DNA from: Methylorubrum extorquens
GTDB taxonomy: Bacteria; Pseudomonadota; Alphaproteobacteria; Rhizobiales; Beijerinckiaceae
DNA length: 32,000 nucleotides
Direction of reading: 5' to 3'
NCBI GenBank assembly: GCA_900234795.1
Contig: LT962688.1
Coordinates: 3,420,001 to 3,452,000 of the forward strand
Positions 17,692 to 26,398 of this stretch are shown piece after piece (position 1 is the first letter of the stretch; each line of letters starts with the position of its first letter). The translations under genes were made by a program, and so were the position numbers. The notes under the pieces are model-generated. The model searched no databases. It worked only from the letters and a program-made list of their open reading frames with translations, and was not told where the DNA came from.

Positions 17692-18438
17692 CTACCGCTG
17701 CGGCCCGTAGGGCGGGCGCGGAATCGCGCGATGAGCCGCGCGCAAAGCCGCCGACCAGCGCTCGCGCAGATCGTGAAAATAGCTCTCGCCGGCCTCGATG
17801 CGATGGCTCACTTCGAGGTCGAGGGCGCCGCGGCGCTGCACGGCGATGTCGATCGGCAGGCCGACGCCGAGATTCGAGCGCATGGTCGAATCCATCGAGA
17901 CGAGGCCCACCTTCAGCGCGTCGTAGAGGTCGGTCTCGAAGGTCACGGCCCGGTCGAGGATCGGCTTGCCGTATTTGTGCTCGCCGATCTGGAGGAACGG
18001 CGCCTCGCGGCTGCACTCGATGAAATTGCCGGCCGAGTAGATCATGAACAGCCGCATCGGCTCGGTGCCGATCTGCCCGCCGAACAGGAACGAGACCTCC
18101 ATGCGCAGGTTGGCCGCCTCGAACCCGGCCGCCTCGATCTCGCGCACCCGGCGAATCGCCCGGCCGACGAGCTGGGCCGCCTTGAACATCGTCGCCGCGT
18201 CCTTGAGCTTGGCTGGCGTCTCGCCCTCGATGTCGTCCACGCCCTCGCGGAGCATGCTGAGCACCGACTGCGTCATGGACAGGTTGCCGGCCGAGGCGAG
18301 CATCATCACGCGCTCATTGGGCGTGTTGAACATGTGCAGCTTGCGGAAGGTCGAGATGTTGTCGAGCCCCGCATTGGTGCGGGTGTCGGCGATCATCACC
18401 AGCCCGTCCTCGACGAGCACTCCGACGCAGTAGGTCAT
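17692..18438 (-). CDS. proteasome-type protease, Anbu (ancestral beta-subunit) family
   Basis: N-terminus MTYCVGVLVEDGLVMIADTRTNAG has the Thr2 nucleophile context typical of Anbu. It is 248 aa and lies directly downstream of a transglutaminase gene on the same strand, as in the known ATP-grasp/alpha-E/TGase/Anbu gene set. Confidence 0.85.
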   Translation of the reverse strand: MTYCVGVLVEDGLVMIADTRTNAGLDNISTFRKLHMFNTPNERVMMLASAGNLSMTQSVLSMLREGVDDIEGETPAKLKDAATMFKAAQLVGRAIRRVREIEAAGFEAANLRMEVSFLFGGQIGTEPMRLFMIYSAGNFIECSREAPFLQIGEHKYGKPILDRAVTFETDLYDALKVGLVSMDSTMRSNLGVGLPIDIAVQRRGALDLEVSHRIEAGESYFHDLRERWSAALRAAHRAIPRPPYGPQR

Positions 18439-18567
18439 GGCGGTCGCCGCCTCAGGCAGGGGCCCGTGCGCCGGGCAGGTTCAGGCGGCCCGCATCGCAC
18501 GCTGCGAGCCAGCCCGGCAAGACAACTTTTTTAAAAGCCGGGTCCAAGGCCCGATGCCGGCTCAGCC

Positions 18568-19452
18568 TTAGCCCAAGCTCTGGCCAAGACTCTGGCTTTG
18601 ACTCTGGCTCTGCTGACCGTGGCCCTGAGACTGCGATTGGGAGTGCAACTGCTCGACGCGCAGGGCCACGTCGAGGGTTTCGGTGCCTCCGCCGACGCGG
18701 CTGCCGCGGATCGGCGCGGCGCCGAGATAGTCGAGGCCGACGGCGACGCGCACATGCGCCTCGGTCGCGGAGATGCCGTTGGCTGGGTCGAACCCGATCC
18801 AGCCGAGGCCCGGCACCAGTGACTCCGCCCAGGCATGCCCCGCCTTCTGGTCGTCGGCGCCGTCGTCGCGGCGGAAATAGCCAGAGACGTAGCGCGACGG
18901 GATCTCCAAGTGCCGGGCCGCGGCGAGGAAGATGTGGGTGAGATCCTGGCACACGCCCTTCCCGACCTCGAAGGCTTGGGCGGCACTGGTGCTGGCGCTG
19001 GTTGGGCCCGGTTCGAAAGTCACGGCGTCGTGGACGGCGGCGAGCAAGCGGTGCAGCATCGGCAGCGCATCACGCTCCCCCTTGCCCGCGACCTTCTCCG
19101 CGAAGGCTTTGAGTTCCGCGCTCGCCTCGGTCAGCTGGGTGTCGCGCAGGTAGAACAGGTCGGGCAGGCGCTCCACCGCGCCGCGCACGACGCCGCTGGT
19201 CTCGAAGGTCTCGATCTCGCCGGTCACCCGCACGGTGAGTGCGTCGGTGGGATCGTCGGCGGTGAACCAGTGGACGAGATTGCCGAACCCGTCCTCGCGG
19301 GCGGTGAGCCGTCCGTTGACCGAGGGCTCGATCCGCCACTCGCGCACGTGCTGACCGTCATGGTCACGCGGCGTCAGCCGCAGGATCTGTATCAGGCCCC
19401 GCGCGGGCTGCTGATAGGTATAGACCGTATCGTGGACGATCCGGATGCGCAT
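18568..19452 (-). CDS. transglutaminase family protein (Bact_transglu_N + transglutaminase core) with C-terminal Ser/Gln repeat tail
   Basis: MRIRIVHDTVYTYQQPARGLIQILRLTPR is a typical N-terminal domain. Catalytic Cys, His and Asp contexts: GKGVCQDLTHIFLAAARHLEIPSRYVSGY, GHAWAE, GWIGFDPANG. ATG at 19452; the 88-codon extension in the track has shadow-like composition. Confidence 0.85.
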   Translation of the reverse strand: MRIRIVHDTVYTYQQPARGLIQILRLTPRDHDGQHVREWRIEPSVNGRLTAREDGFGNLVHWFTADDPTDALTVRVTGEIETFETSGVVRGAVERLPDLFYLRDTQLTEASAELKAFAEKVAGKGERDALPMLHRLLAAVHDAVTFEPGPTSASTSAAQAFEVGKGVCQDLTHIFLAAARHLEIPSRYVSGYFRRDDGADDQKAGHAWAESLVPGLGWIGFDPANGISATEAHVRVAVGLDYLGAAPIRGSRVGGGTETLDVALRVEQLHSQSQSQGHGQQSQSQSQSLGQSLG

Positions 19453-19915
19453 GCCTTGATCCTGCCGGGACGACTTGCGGCAAGCTAGGGCAAGGACGGC
19501 GCTTTGGAAATCGGGCGGCTTGCTCAAACCTTTGGCAGAACGCGTTTTCTTGGCGGCCTCCGTCATGAAACCGGCCCGGAGCGGCGCCGCGAGACGCTTG
19601 TTCGGAGACGCTCCGGGCGGGGGACGCCGGGCGCGAACCTTCCCGCGAGCGGCGGAGGACAGGACTGAGCGGGATGTGCGGCCGGCAAAGACCCGGAACG
19701 ATATGACCGGGCGCACCGTTTCTGGCGCCCGAGCCGACAGCTCACGCCGCCGAGAGACGTTTCGACCCTACACCGCGATCACGCATCCCGAAATTTGCAC
19801 TCCGCTCTCGTCGCCCACTTACGACGAAGCGGAAAATTTTTGCCTTTTCCAATAACTCGCCGTGTTAATCTGCCGTTCATTGCAGCGTTTTGTTCGATTT
19901 CGATGCATATTTCTT

Positions 19916-19941
19916 GGAACGGTATTCCGGACCTCTCCGTT
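19916..19941 (+). promoter_or_regulatory. EcfG-type (general stress response ECF sigma) promoter-like motif GGAAC-N17-CGTT
   Basis: GGAAC at 19916-19920, a 17-nt spacer, then CGTT at 19938-19941, 38 nt upstream of the ATG at 19979. It matches the published alphaproteobacterial EcfG consensus GGAAC-N16-17-CGTT. Confidence 0.5.
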
Positions 19942-19978
19942 CTTGGTCCCGCAACAACCGAAACACTTGGAGGAATAC

Positions 19979-20383
19979 ATGCTCAAGCATATTCGCCTTG
20001 CCGCTCTCGCCAGCACCTTCGTCATCGGCAGCGCCGCACTCGCGTATGCCCAGTCGTCCTCGACGACCGGTACCGGCGGCTCGTCGGCGGGCGGCGGCAC
20101 CAGCTCCTCGACGGTTGGGACCGGTGGTTCTTCCGCTGGCTCGGGCAGCGGCTCGGGCTCGACGCTCGGCACCGGTGGCTCGTCGGCCGGCGGCGGCACC
20201 AGCTCCTCGACGGTCGGGACGGGCGGATCCTCGGCCAGCAAGAGCGGCAGCGGCTCGTCGACGGGCACGGGCGGCTCCACGTCCGGCACGTCCGATAGCG
20301 CGGGCAAGTCGGGCAGCGCTCCGGGTCATGACAAGAGCGGCCCCGGAAACTCCGAGAACGCTCCGGGCCACAACAAGCGCTAA
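19979..20383 (+). CDS. secreted Gly/Ser/Thr-rich low-complexity repeat protein (134 aa)
   Basis: GGAGGAA lies 5 nt before the ATG. Sec signal MLKHIRLAALASTFVIGSAALAYA|Q. The mature part is almost only G/S/T, with an internal 33-aa duplication (GSSAGGGTSSSTVGTGG twice). Confidence 0.7.
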   Translation: MLKHIRLAALASTFVIGSAALAYAQSSSTTGTGGSSAGGGTSSSTVGTGGSSAGSGSGSGSTLGTGGSSAGGGTSSSTVGTGGSSASKSGSGSSTGTGGSTSGTSDSAGKSGSAPGHDKSGPGNSENAPGHNKR

Positions 20384-20403
20384 GCCTCGGCCGGCGTAAT
20401 TGC

Positions 20404-20429
20404 GGGCGCGGTTCGGACGAACCGCGCCC
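20404..20429 (+). terminator. hairpin terminator after the Gly/Ser-rich gene
   Basis: GGGCGCGGTTC-GGAC-GAACCGCGCCC, an 11-bp perfect stem 21 nt after the stop, followed by GTCTC (weak U-tract). Confidence 0.55.
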
Positions 20430-20430
20430 G

Positions 20431-20520
20431 TCTCAGAGCACCTCGCAGAACGTCCGGGCGCCGACCATCGCCGCTCCGGCTGCGGGGTGCATGGGGGTTT
20501 TGTGAGAAACACTCATCATC
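20431..20520 (+). promoter_or_regulatory. conserved hairpin leader element, copy B (stem 20442-20456 / 20492-20506 plus conserved 3' box)
   Basis: Homologous to 15401-15493. The stem keeps 14 of 15 pairs, 4 of them as G-U wobbles that only pair on the plus-strand RNA. The 3' box GTTTTGTGAGAAACACTCATCATC ends 16 nt before the ATG at 20537. Confidence 0.45.
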
Positions 20521-20536
20521 TGAGGAGAGACGCACC

Positions 20537-20914
20537 ATGGCACGTGTGATCCGACCGCTTCTCGGCGCCACACTCGTTCTGGCCGGCATCGCCGCGAGTC
20601 AGGCCCAGACCAGCACCGTCAAAACGGGCCCGAACGGTGTCGCCGGCAGCACGACCGTCACGACCGGGCCCAACGGCAAGCCGTGCCGGCTCGTCCAATC
20701 CGACGATGCCAACACCTCCGGCACGCTGTCGAGTTCGGTCACGGCCGGCCCCGACGGGGTGAAGAGTTCCACCACCGGCGGCCCGTCGGTGACGACGCGA
20801 TCGGGCAGCGGCACGACCAGCAGTTCCGCCTCCAGTTCGAGCACCGGCAGCGGCAGCACGATGACGACAACCGGTGACGGCAACTGCGTGGTCACCGTAC
20901 CGAGCAAGAAGTGA
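20537..20914 (+). CDS. secreted Ser/Thr/Gly-rich low-complexity protein (125 aa)
   Basis: GAGGAGAGA precedes the ATG. Signal peptide MARVIRPLLGATLVLAGIAASQAQ. Repeated TGPNG/GPDG units and an S/T-rich tail, with two Cys. Confidence 0.65.
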   Translation: MARVIRPLLGATLVLAGIAASQAQTSTVKTGPNGVAGSTTVTTGPNGKPCRLVQSDDANTSGTLSSSVTAGPDGVKSSTTGGPSVTTRSGSGTTSSSASSSSTGSGSTMTTTGDGNCVVTVPSKK

Positions 20915-20921
20915 GGGTCCG

Positions 20922-21371
20922 ATGAGCATTGCCAAGACGAACACACGTGCGGCGACGGCGCTTGCCGTCCTCGGCCTCGTCCTCGCCCCGGCTTTCGCGC
21001 AGGCGCAGGGCAGTGCCACGGCGGGCAGCGCCGGCTCGGCGGCATCCGGCGGCACCTCCGCCTCGACCGTCGGCACCGGCGGCACCTCGACGGGCGCGAA
21101 CGGCGGCACGGGCTCCTCGCTGGCGACCGGCGGCGCTGCGGCCGGCGGCAAGACCATGGACCGCTCGCATGTGAACGAGACCGGAAATGGCGGCCTCAAC
21201 GGCCAGTCCAAGTCCATGGCCCATGATGGCGGCACGTTCTCGAAATCGCAGACCAAGACCAAGGTCCGCGACGGTGAGAGCGTCGAGTCGCGCACCAAGA
21301 CCATGTCGCACGAGCCCGGCTCGAAACCCGTGAAATCGACGACCACCACGGGCGCGACCACCGGCCAGTGA
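20922..21371 (+). CDS. secreted Gly/Ser/Thr/Ala-rich protein (149 aa), partly paralogous to the 19979 gene product
   Basis: ATG at 20922, 8 nt after the previous stop, with GAGGG upstream. Signal peptide MSIAKTNTRAATALAVLGLVLAPAFAQA. It shares the GGTSASTVGTGGTS motif with the 19979 product. The C-terminal half is lysine/threonine-rich. Confidence 0.65.
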   Translation: MSIAKTNTRAATALAVLGLVLAPAFAQAQGSATAGSAGSAASGGTSASTVGTGGTSTGANGGTGSSLATGGAAAGGKTMDRSHVNETGNGGLNGQSKSMAHDGGTFSKSQTKTKVRDGESVESRTKTMSHEPGSKPVKSTTTTGATTGQ

Positions 21372-21411
21372 GGCCGAACCGATTGTCTCTCACCTGACCG
21401 CAGGAGGCCCG

Positions 21412-21666
21412 ATGCTGCGCAAACCGACCCTGACCCTACTTTCCGTGCTGGCGTTTGCCGGCGGCATCCTCGGCACCACCTCGGCCGCCATGGCCGATCC
21501 GCCCTGGGCGCGCGGCGGAGGACGCGGCTTCCATCACGGCGGTCCGCCGCCCTGGGCGCCCGCCCATGGATGGCGGCGCAAGCATGATTTCGGCGGCTAT
21601 GGAGGCCGGTCGTATCGCAGCTCTCGGTATGACGACGGACGGCGATACGACCGGTACGGTTACTGA
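21412..21666 (+). CDS. small secreted Arg/Gly/Tyr/Pro-rich basic protein (84 aa)
   Basis: GCAGGAGG precedes the ATG. Signal peptide MLRKPTLTLLSVLAFAGGILGTTSAAMA. Mature part: DPPWARGGGRGFHHGGPPPWAPAHGWRRKHDFGGYGGRSYRSSRYDDGRRYDRYGY. Confidence 0.6.
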   Translation: MLRKPTLTLLSVLAFAGGILGTTSAAMADPPWARGGGRGFHHGGPPPWAPAHGWRRKHDFGGYGGRSYRSSRYDDGRRYDRYGY

Positions 21667-21719
21667 CCCGCACGGCGCTTCGCTTCAAGCGGCGCTGAGG
21701 CTTCACCCCACCGGCTCTG

Positions 21720-21750
21720 ACGGCGTCCGCTTGATCGAAGCGGACGCCGT
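21720..21750. terminator. bidirectional hairpin terminator between convergent genes
   Basis: ACGGCGTCCGC-TTGATCGAA-GCGGACGCCGT, an 11-bp perfect stem followed by TTCAGTT. It lies between the stop at 21666 (+) and the stop at 21766 (-). Confidence 0.6.
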
Positions 21751-21765
21751 TTCAGTTGGTCGCTC

Positions 21766-22710
21766 TCACACCAGATACTGGTCGCTGATGGCCGCGCCGA
21801 GACTGTTGTTCTCGACGATGAAGCCCTGGATGAACTCGTGGAGGCCGGAGGCGAAGACACGCTCGATGTCGGCGCTGCGAAGCTTCGCCCGCAGATTGCT
21901 CGCCAGACGCTGACTCTCGCCGCGGCGGCCGTAGGCGTCGGCGATCAGATCGAGATGCTCCACCAGCATCCGGTAGCAGCTCGCGAGCGAGCGCGGCATC
22001 TCGGGGTTGAGGATCAGCAGGTCGGCCACGAGCACCGGCTTGATGCTCTCACGGTAGACCCAGTGATAGGCGTTGAAGGCCGAGACCTCGCGCAGGATCG
22101 TCGTCCACTGGAAGTAGTCGAGCGAGCCGCCGACCCGCTCCGAAGCCGGCAGCAGAATCTGGTACTTCACGTCGAGGATGCGCGCCGTGTTGTCCGCCCG
22201 CTCGATCGCCGTACCGGCGCGGGTGAACCAGTAGGCGTCGTTGCGCAGCATCGTCCGGTAGGCCGAGCCGTCGAAGGTCAGCGAGACGCGCTTCACCCAG
22301 TCGAGGAATTGCGTGAACTCGTCGCGCGAGAGGTCGCGGCCCTCGTAGGACCGCAGTTCGAGATAGGCGCCGTTGATCGTGTCCCACATCTCCGTGGTGA
22401 GCGCCGTGCGGATCGAGCGGGCGTTCTCCCGCGCCGTGGCGATGCAGGAGCGGATTGAGGACGGGTTGTGGGGCGAGAAAGCGAGGAAGTTGCAGACCGT
22501 GTGCTCGTTGACCGAATCGTAGAGCGTCTTGAATAGCTCGGGATCGCCCGCCGAGGACAGGGCCGAGGCCCACTCGTTCGAGGTGCGCCCGCCATAGCTC
22601 GACGGAAGGGCGGCCAGCCGCAGGGCCGCGTCGAGGATGCGGGCCAGAAAATCCGCGCGCTCGGCGTAGCGCGAGAGCCAGTAGAGGTTGTCGGCAGTCC
22701 GGGACAGCAT
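21766..22710 (-). CDS. alpha-E domain-containing protein (DUF403 family)
   Basis: The N-terminus MLSRTADNLYWLSRYAERADFLARILD is the hallmark start of alpha-E proteins. It is 314 aa and lies directly downstream of the circularly permuted ATP-grasp gene. Confidence 0.9.
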   Translation of the reverse strand: MLSRTADNLYWLSRYAERADFLARILDAALRLAALPSSYGGRTSNEWASALSSAGDPELFKTLYDSVNEHTVCNFLAFSPHNPSSIRSCIATARENARSIRTALTTEMWDTINGAYLELRSYEGRDLSRDEFTQFLDWVKRVSLTFDGSAYRTMLRNDAYWFTRAGTAIERADNTARILDVKYQILLPASERVGGSLDYFQWTTILREVSAFNAYHWVYRESIKPVLVADLLILNPEMPRSLASCYRMLVEHLDLIADAYGRRGESQRLASNLRAKLRSADIERVFASGLHEFIQGFIVENNSLGAAISDQYLV

Positions 22711-22817
22711 GGCGTCAGCTCGCGGGCGCGTTGGCGACCAGGGCGGCAGATGCGCGGTGTTTCATCACCGACGCTGCCCGGCCTGCCTGAAGATTGCGAA
22801 AGAATCGGGCGAAGCGC

Positions 22818-24257
22818 TCAAGCATCGAGCACCCAGGTATCCTTGGTACCGCCACCCTGGCTCGAATTGACCACCAGCGAACCCTCTTTCAGCGCGACCC
22901 GCGTCAGGCCGCCGGGCACGATGCGGATCTCGTCGGCGCCGGCCAGCACGAAGGGGCGCAGATCGACGTGGCGGGGGGCAACGCCCGAGGCGACGAAGGT
23001 TGGGCAGGTGGAGAGCGAGAGCGTCGGCTGGGCGATGAAGTTGTCCGGCGCGTGGCGCAGCTTCTTCGCGAACTCGTCGATCTCGCGCCGCGTCGCGTGC
23101 GGGCCCACCAGCATGCCGTAGCCGCCCGAGCCGTTGACCTCCTTCACCACGAGGTCCTTGAGGTTGTCCATCACGTAGGAAAAGGCGTCCTTTTCCCGGC
23201 AGCGATGCGTCGGCACGTTGTGCAGGATCGGGTCTTCGCCGGTGAAGAACTTCACGATTTCCGGCATGTAGCTGTAGACGGCCTTGTCGTCCGAGATGCC
23301 GGTGCCGACCGCGTTCGACAGGGTGACGTTGCCCCGCTCGTAGGCGTTCATCAGTCCCGGCACGCCGAGCACCGAATCCGGCCGGAACACCAGCGGATCG
23401 AGGAAATCGTCGTCGAGGCGGCGGTAGATCACGTCGACGCGGCGCGGACCTTCGGTCGTGCGCATGTAGACGACCTCGTCCTTGGTGAAGAGGTCGCCCG
23501 CCTCCACCAGCTCGACGCCGAGTTTATCGGCCAGGAACGAGTGTTCGTAGAAGGCCGAGTTGTAGCGGCCGGGGGTCAGCAGCACCACGGTCGGGTCGCG
23601 GGTGGCGGAAGCCGGGGCGAGGCTGCGCAGGGTCGCGAGCAGGGCGTCGGGATAATTCTCGACCGGGGCGACGCGGTGGCGCGAGAACAGCTCGGGGAAG
23701 AGCCGCATCATCACCTCGCGGTTCTCCAGCATGTAGGAGACGCCGGACGGGGTGCGAGCGTTGTCCTCCAGCACGAAGAAGTCCTTCTCGCCGGTCCGCA
23801 CGATGTCGATGCCGGCGATGTGGACGTAGAGGTCGTGCGGCACGTCGAAGGCGCGCATCTCCATGCGGTAATGCGGGTTGCGGTAGACGAGGTCGGGCGG
23901 GATGATCCCCGCCTTGATGCACTCCTCGGCGCCGTAGATGTCGTTGATGAAGGCGTTCAGCGCGGTGACCCGCTGCTTGAGGCCGCGCTCCAGGAAATCC
24001 CATTCGGGCTTGGTCAGCACCCGCGGGATGATGTCGAAGGGGATCAGCCGCTCGGTCGATTCGTTGGCGCCGTAGACCGCGAAGGTGATGCCGATGCGCC
24101 GGAACAGCATTTCGGCCTGACTGCGGCGGGTGTTGAAATGCTCCGGCGGCGTCTTGTCGAGCCAAGACTTGAGGATGTCATAGGCCTCGCGCACGGCCGC
24201 CGGTTCGAGCTGCCCCGCCCCGCCCCCATTCATCTCGTCGAACGCCGTGTGCGCCAT
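22818..24257 (-). CDS. circularly permuted type 2 ATP-grasp protein (DUF404/DUF407 family)
   Basis: The 479-aa product from ATG 24257 (GGGGGAA upstream) begins MAHTAFDEMNGG...AVREAYDILKSWL and continues FAVYG...ERLIPFDIIPRVL...WDFLERGLKQRVTALNAFINDIYG...YVHIAGIDIVR...FVLEDNARTPSGVSYMLENR. This is typical of the family and it is paired with an alpha-E gene. The upstream 88 codons in the track look like a shadow. Confidence 0.9.
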   Translation of the reverse strand: MAHTAFDEMNGGGAGQLEPAAVREAYDILKSWLDKTPPEHFNTRRSQAEMLFRRIGITFAVYGANESTERLIPFDIIPRVLTKPEWDFLERGLKQRVTALNAFINDIYGAEECIKAGIIPPDLVYRNPHYRMEMRAFDVPHDLYVHIAGIDIVRTGEKDFFVLEDNARTPSGVSYMLENREVMMRLFPELFSRHRVAPVENYPDALLATLRSLAPASATRDPTVVLLTPGRYNSAFYEHSFLADKLGVELVEAGDLFTKDEVVYMRTTEGPRRVDVIYRRLDDDFLDPLVFRPDSVLGVPGLMNAYERGNVTLSNAVGTGISDDKAVYSYMPEIVKFFTGEDPILHNVPTHRCREKDAFSYVMDNLKDLVVKEVNGSGGYGMLVGPHATRREIDEFAKKLRHAPDNFIAQPTLSLSTCPTFVASGVAPRHVDLRPFVLAGADEIRIVPGGLTRVALKEGSLVVNSSQGGGTKDTWVLDA

Positions 24258-24572
24258 TCGCGCGATTCCCCCTGATGTCTCGCGTTGCCGGAGCAAGAGG
24301 CAGGCCACCCGGAAGGTTTCCTGCCAGTCCTGAAACCGTCTCCACCCCGGCTGCCGCGGCACGAGGCGCCGCCGGCAGGAGATCGCCACACGCCCTCGTC
24401 GATGCGAGCGACACGGGACGACCCTCCGGTCGATGTAGCGGACGCCCCGCGCAAGCCTATCCCTGGCAGCGACGCTCCGCTGCAAGTTTGCGCAACCTGT
24501 CAGCGAAATGTCTCCGGACACACTCAGCCCTGTGGGTCCCGGCCGGCGTGCACACCCGGACGGCCGGACGCA

Positions 24573-25313
24573 TCAGATCAGCTTGAGCCCTTTCAGGCTC
24601 GCATGTCCGTCACGGCCGAGGATGACGTGGTCGTGCACCACGATGCCGAGGGGATCGAGCACCGAGACGATCTCCCGCGTCATGCGGATGTCGGCCCCCG
24701 AGGGGGCCGGGTCGCCGGACGGGTGGTTGTGGGCGAGGATGATCGCGGTGGAGGCGAGTTCGAGCGCGCGTCTGGCCACCTCGCGGGGATAGACCGGGGT
24801 GTGATCGACGGTGCCGCGGCCCTGCACCTCGTCGGCGATCAGGTGGTTGCGCCGGTCGAGGAACAGCACCCGGAACTCTTCGCGGCCCGAGAAGGCCATG
24901 GTGGCGCGAAGATACTCGATAAGGGCGCTCCAAGACGAGAGCAGCGGACGGGCGGCGATGGCACCGCGGGCCAGCCGCCGGCCGGCGGCCTCGACGAGCT
25001 TCAGGTCGGCGGCGACGCCGGCACTGACGCCCTCCACTTCCATGAGCCGGGCGGGCTCGGCGCTGACAACCTCGGCGAACGAGCCGAACCGGTGGATCAG
25101 CGCCTTGGCGAGCGGCTTCACGTCCCGCCGCGGAATCGACCGGAACAGGGTGAGTTCGAGCAGTTCATAATCGGCCAGCGCCTCGGCGCCGGCTTGCGCG
25201 AAGCGGGCGCGCAGGCGCTCGCGGTGGCCGTGATAGTGCGGCGTCTCCTCGGCGGGCGCGGCCGCCTCGGCAAGGCCCGGCCGAGCGGGCGGTTCGGCCG
25301 GCCGGCGGGCCAT
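24573..25313 (-). CDS. radC: RadC-family JAB/MPN domain protein
   Basis: N-terminal HhH-like part: [13 protein letters not shown]...[13 protein letters not shown]-terminal JAMM motif: [26 protein letters not shown]...HDHVILG. Confidence 0.9.
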   Translation of the reverse strand: MARRPAEPPARPGLAEAAAPAEETPHYHGHRERLRARFAQAGAEALADYELLELTLFRSIPRRDVKPLAKALIHRFGSFAEVVSAEPARLMEVEGVSAGVAADLKLVEAAGRRLARGAIAARPLLSSWSALIEYLRATMAFSGREEFRVLFLDRRNHLIADEVQGRGTVDHTPVYPREVARRALELASTAIILAHNHPSGDPAPSGADIRMTREIVSVLDPLGIVVHDHVILGRDGHASLKGLKLI

Positions 25314-25327
25314 CTCCCGGCGGGCCG

Positions 25328-26181
25328 TCAGTCGGCCTGCGCGCCGTGCGCCTCAAGACCATGCGGCTTGGGCTGGTCGAGGCCCTTGGGCGAGAGCGTG
25401 AAGATCTCGTAGCCGTCTTCCGTCACCGCCACGGTGTGCTCGAACTGCGCCGAGAGCGAGCGGTCGCGGGTCACGGCGGTCCAGCCGTCGGAGAGCACCT
25501 TCACCGCGGGCCGGCCGAGATTGATCATCGGCTCGATGGTGAAGAACTGGCCGGCCTTGAGCGGGACGTCGTAGCTCGCCTCGACGTAGTGCAGGATGGT
25601 CGGCGCGTCGTGGTAGACGCGACCGAGCCCGTGGCCGCAGAAATCGCGCACCACCGAGCAGCGCTCGGATTCCGCATAAGTCTGGATCGCCCGGCCGATA
25701 TCGTTGGTGGAGCCGCCGGGCCGCACCGCGCGGATGCCGCGCATCAGCGCCTCGTAGGTGATCTCGCACAGGCGCTGCGCCTTCCGCGGCACCTCGCCGA
25801 TATAGGCCATGCGGCTCGAATCCCCGTGCCAGCCGTCGAGGATCAGGCAGCAATCGAGGTTGACGATGTCGCCGTCGCGCAGGGGCTTGTCGTTGGGAAT
25901 GCCGTGGCAAACGACGTGGTTGATCGAGGTGCAGATCGACTTGCGGTAGCCGCGGTAGAACAGCGAGGCCGGATAGGCGCCGTGATCCATCCCGAACTCG
26001 AAGGCGAGCTTGTCGAGATATTCCGTGGTCACGCCGGGCTGGGCGGCCTCAACCAGGAGATCGAGCGCCTCCGCGGTCAGGCGGCCGGCACGGCGCATCC
26101 CCTCGAACCCCTCCGGTCCGTGGATCGGCGGTTCCGGGGCGCGGCGCCCGCCTTCGGCGACGGCTTGCTCTTCACGGCTCA
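25328..26181 (-). CDS. map: type I methionyl aminopeptidase
   Basis: [76 protein letters not shown] and [13 protein letters not shown] carry the full metal-ligand pattern (D, D, H, E, E). ATG at 26181; the 260 codons further upstream in the track ORF lack similarity. Confidence 0.9.
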
Positions 26182-26398
26182 TGGGGATCGGGCGCTTAGC
26201 GAGGGACGTTCGAGGCGGACGCCCTCGTCTTACGCCGCCCCAGGGCCGGCGCCAACCCGAGCGCGCATCTCCTGTTTGCCAGGCGTCTCGACCGGCGCAG
26301 GAAGCAGTGCATGAAGAGCGACAGCAGGATCCGAGGCTTGCGTCTAGGCGTGCGGCCGCGAACGCGCTAGACCACGGCCTCCGTTTCAGGGACGTGCG

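Noticed and set aside
19819-20307. Minus-strand ORF encoding a Pro/Glu-rich repeat protein (PVPTVEELVPPPADEPPVP...) antisense to the Gly/Ser-rich gene
   Set aside because: It looks protein-like only because it mirrors the GGC/TCG repeats. The plus-strand frame has a GGAGGAA SD, a canonical signal peptide with an AxA site, an upstream promoter motif and a downstream terminator. The minus frame has none of these. Expression data would settle it.
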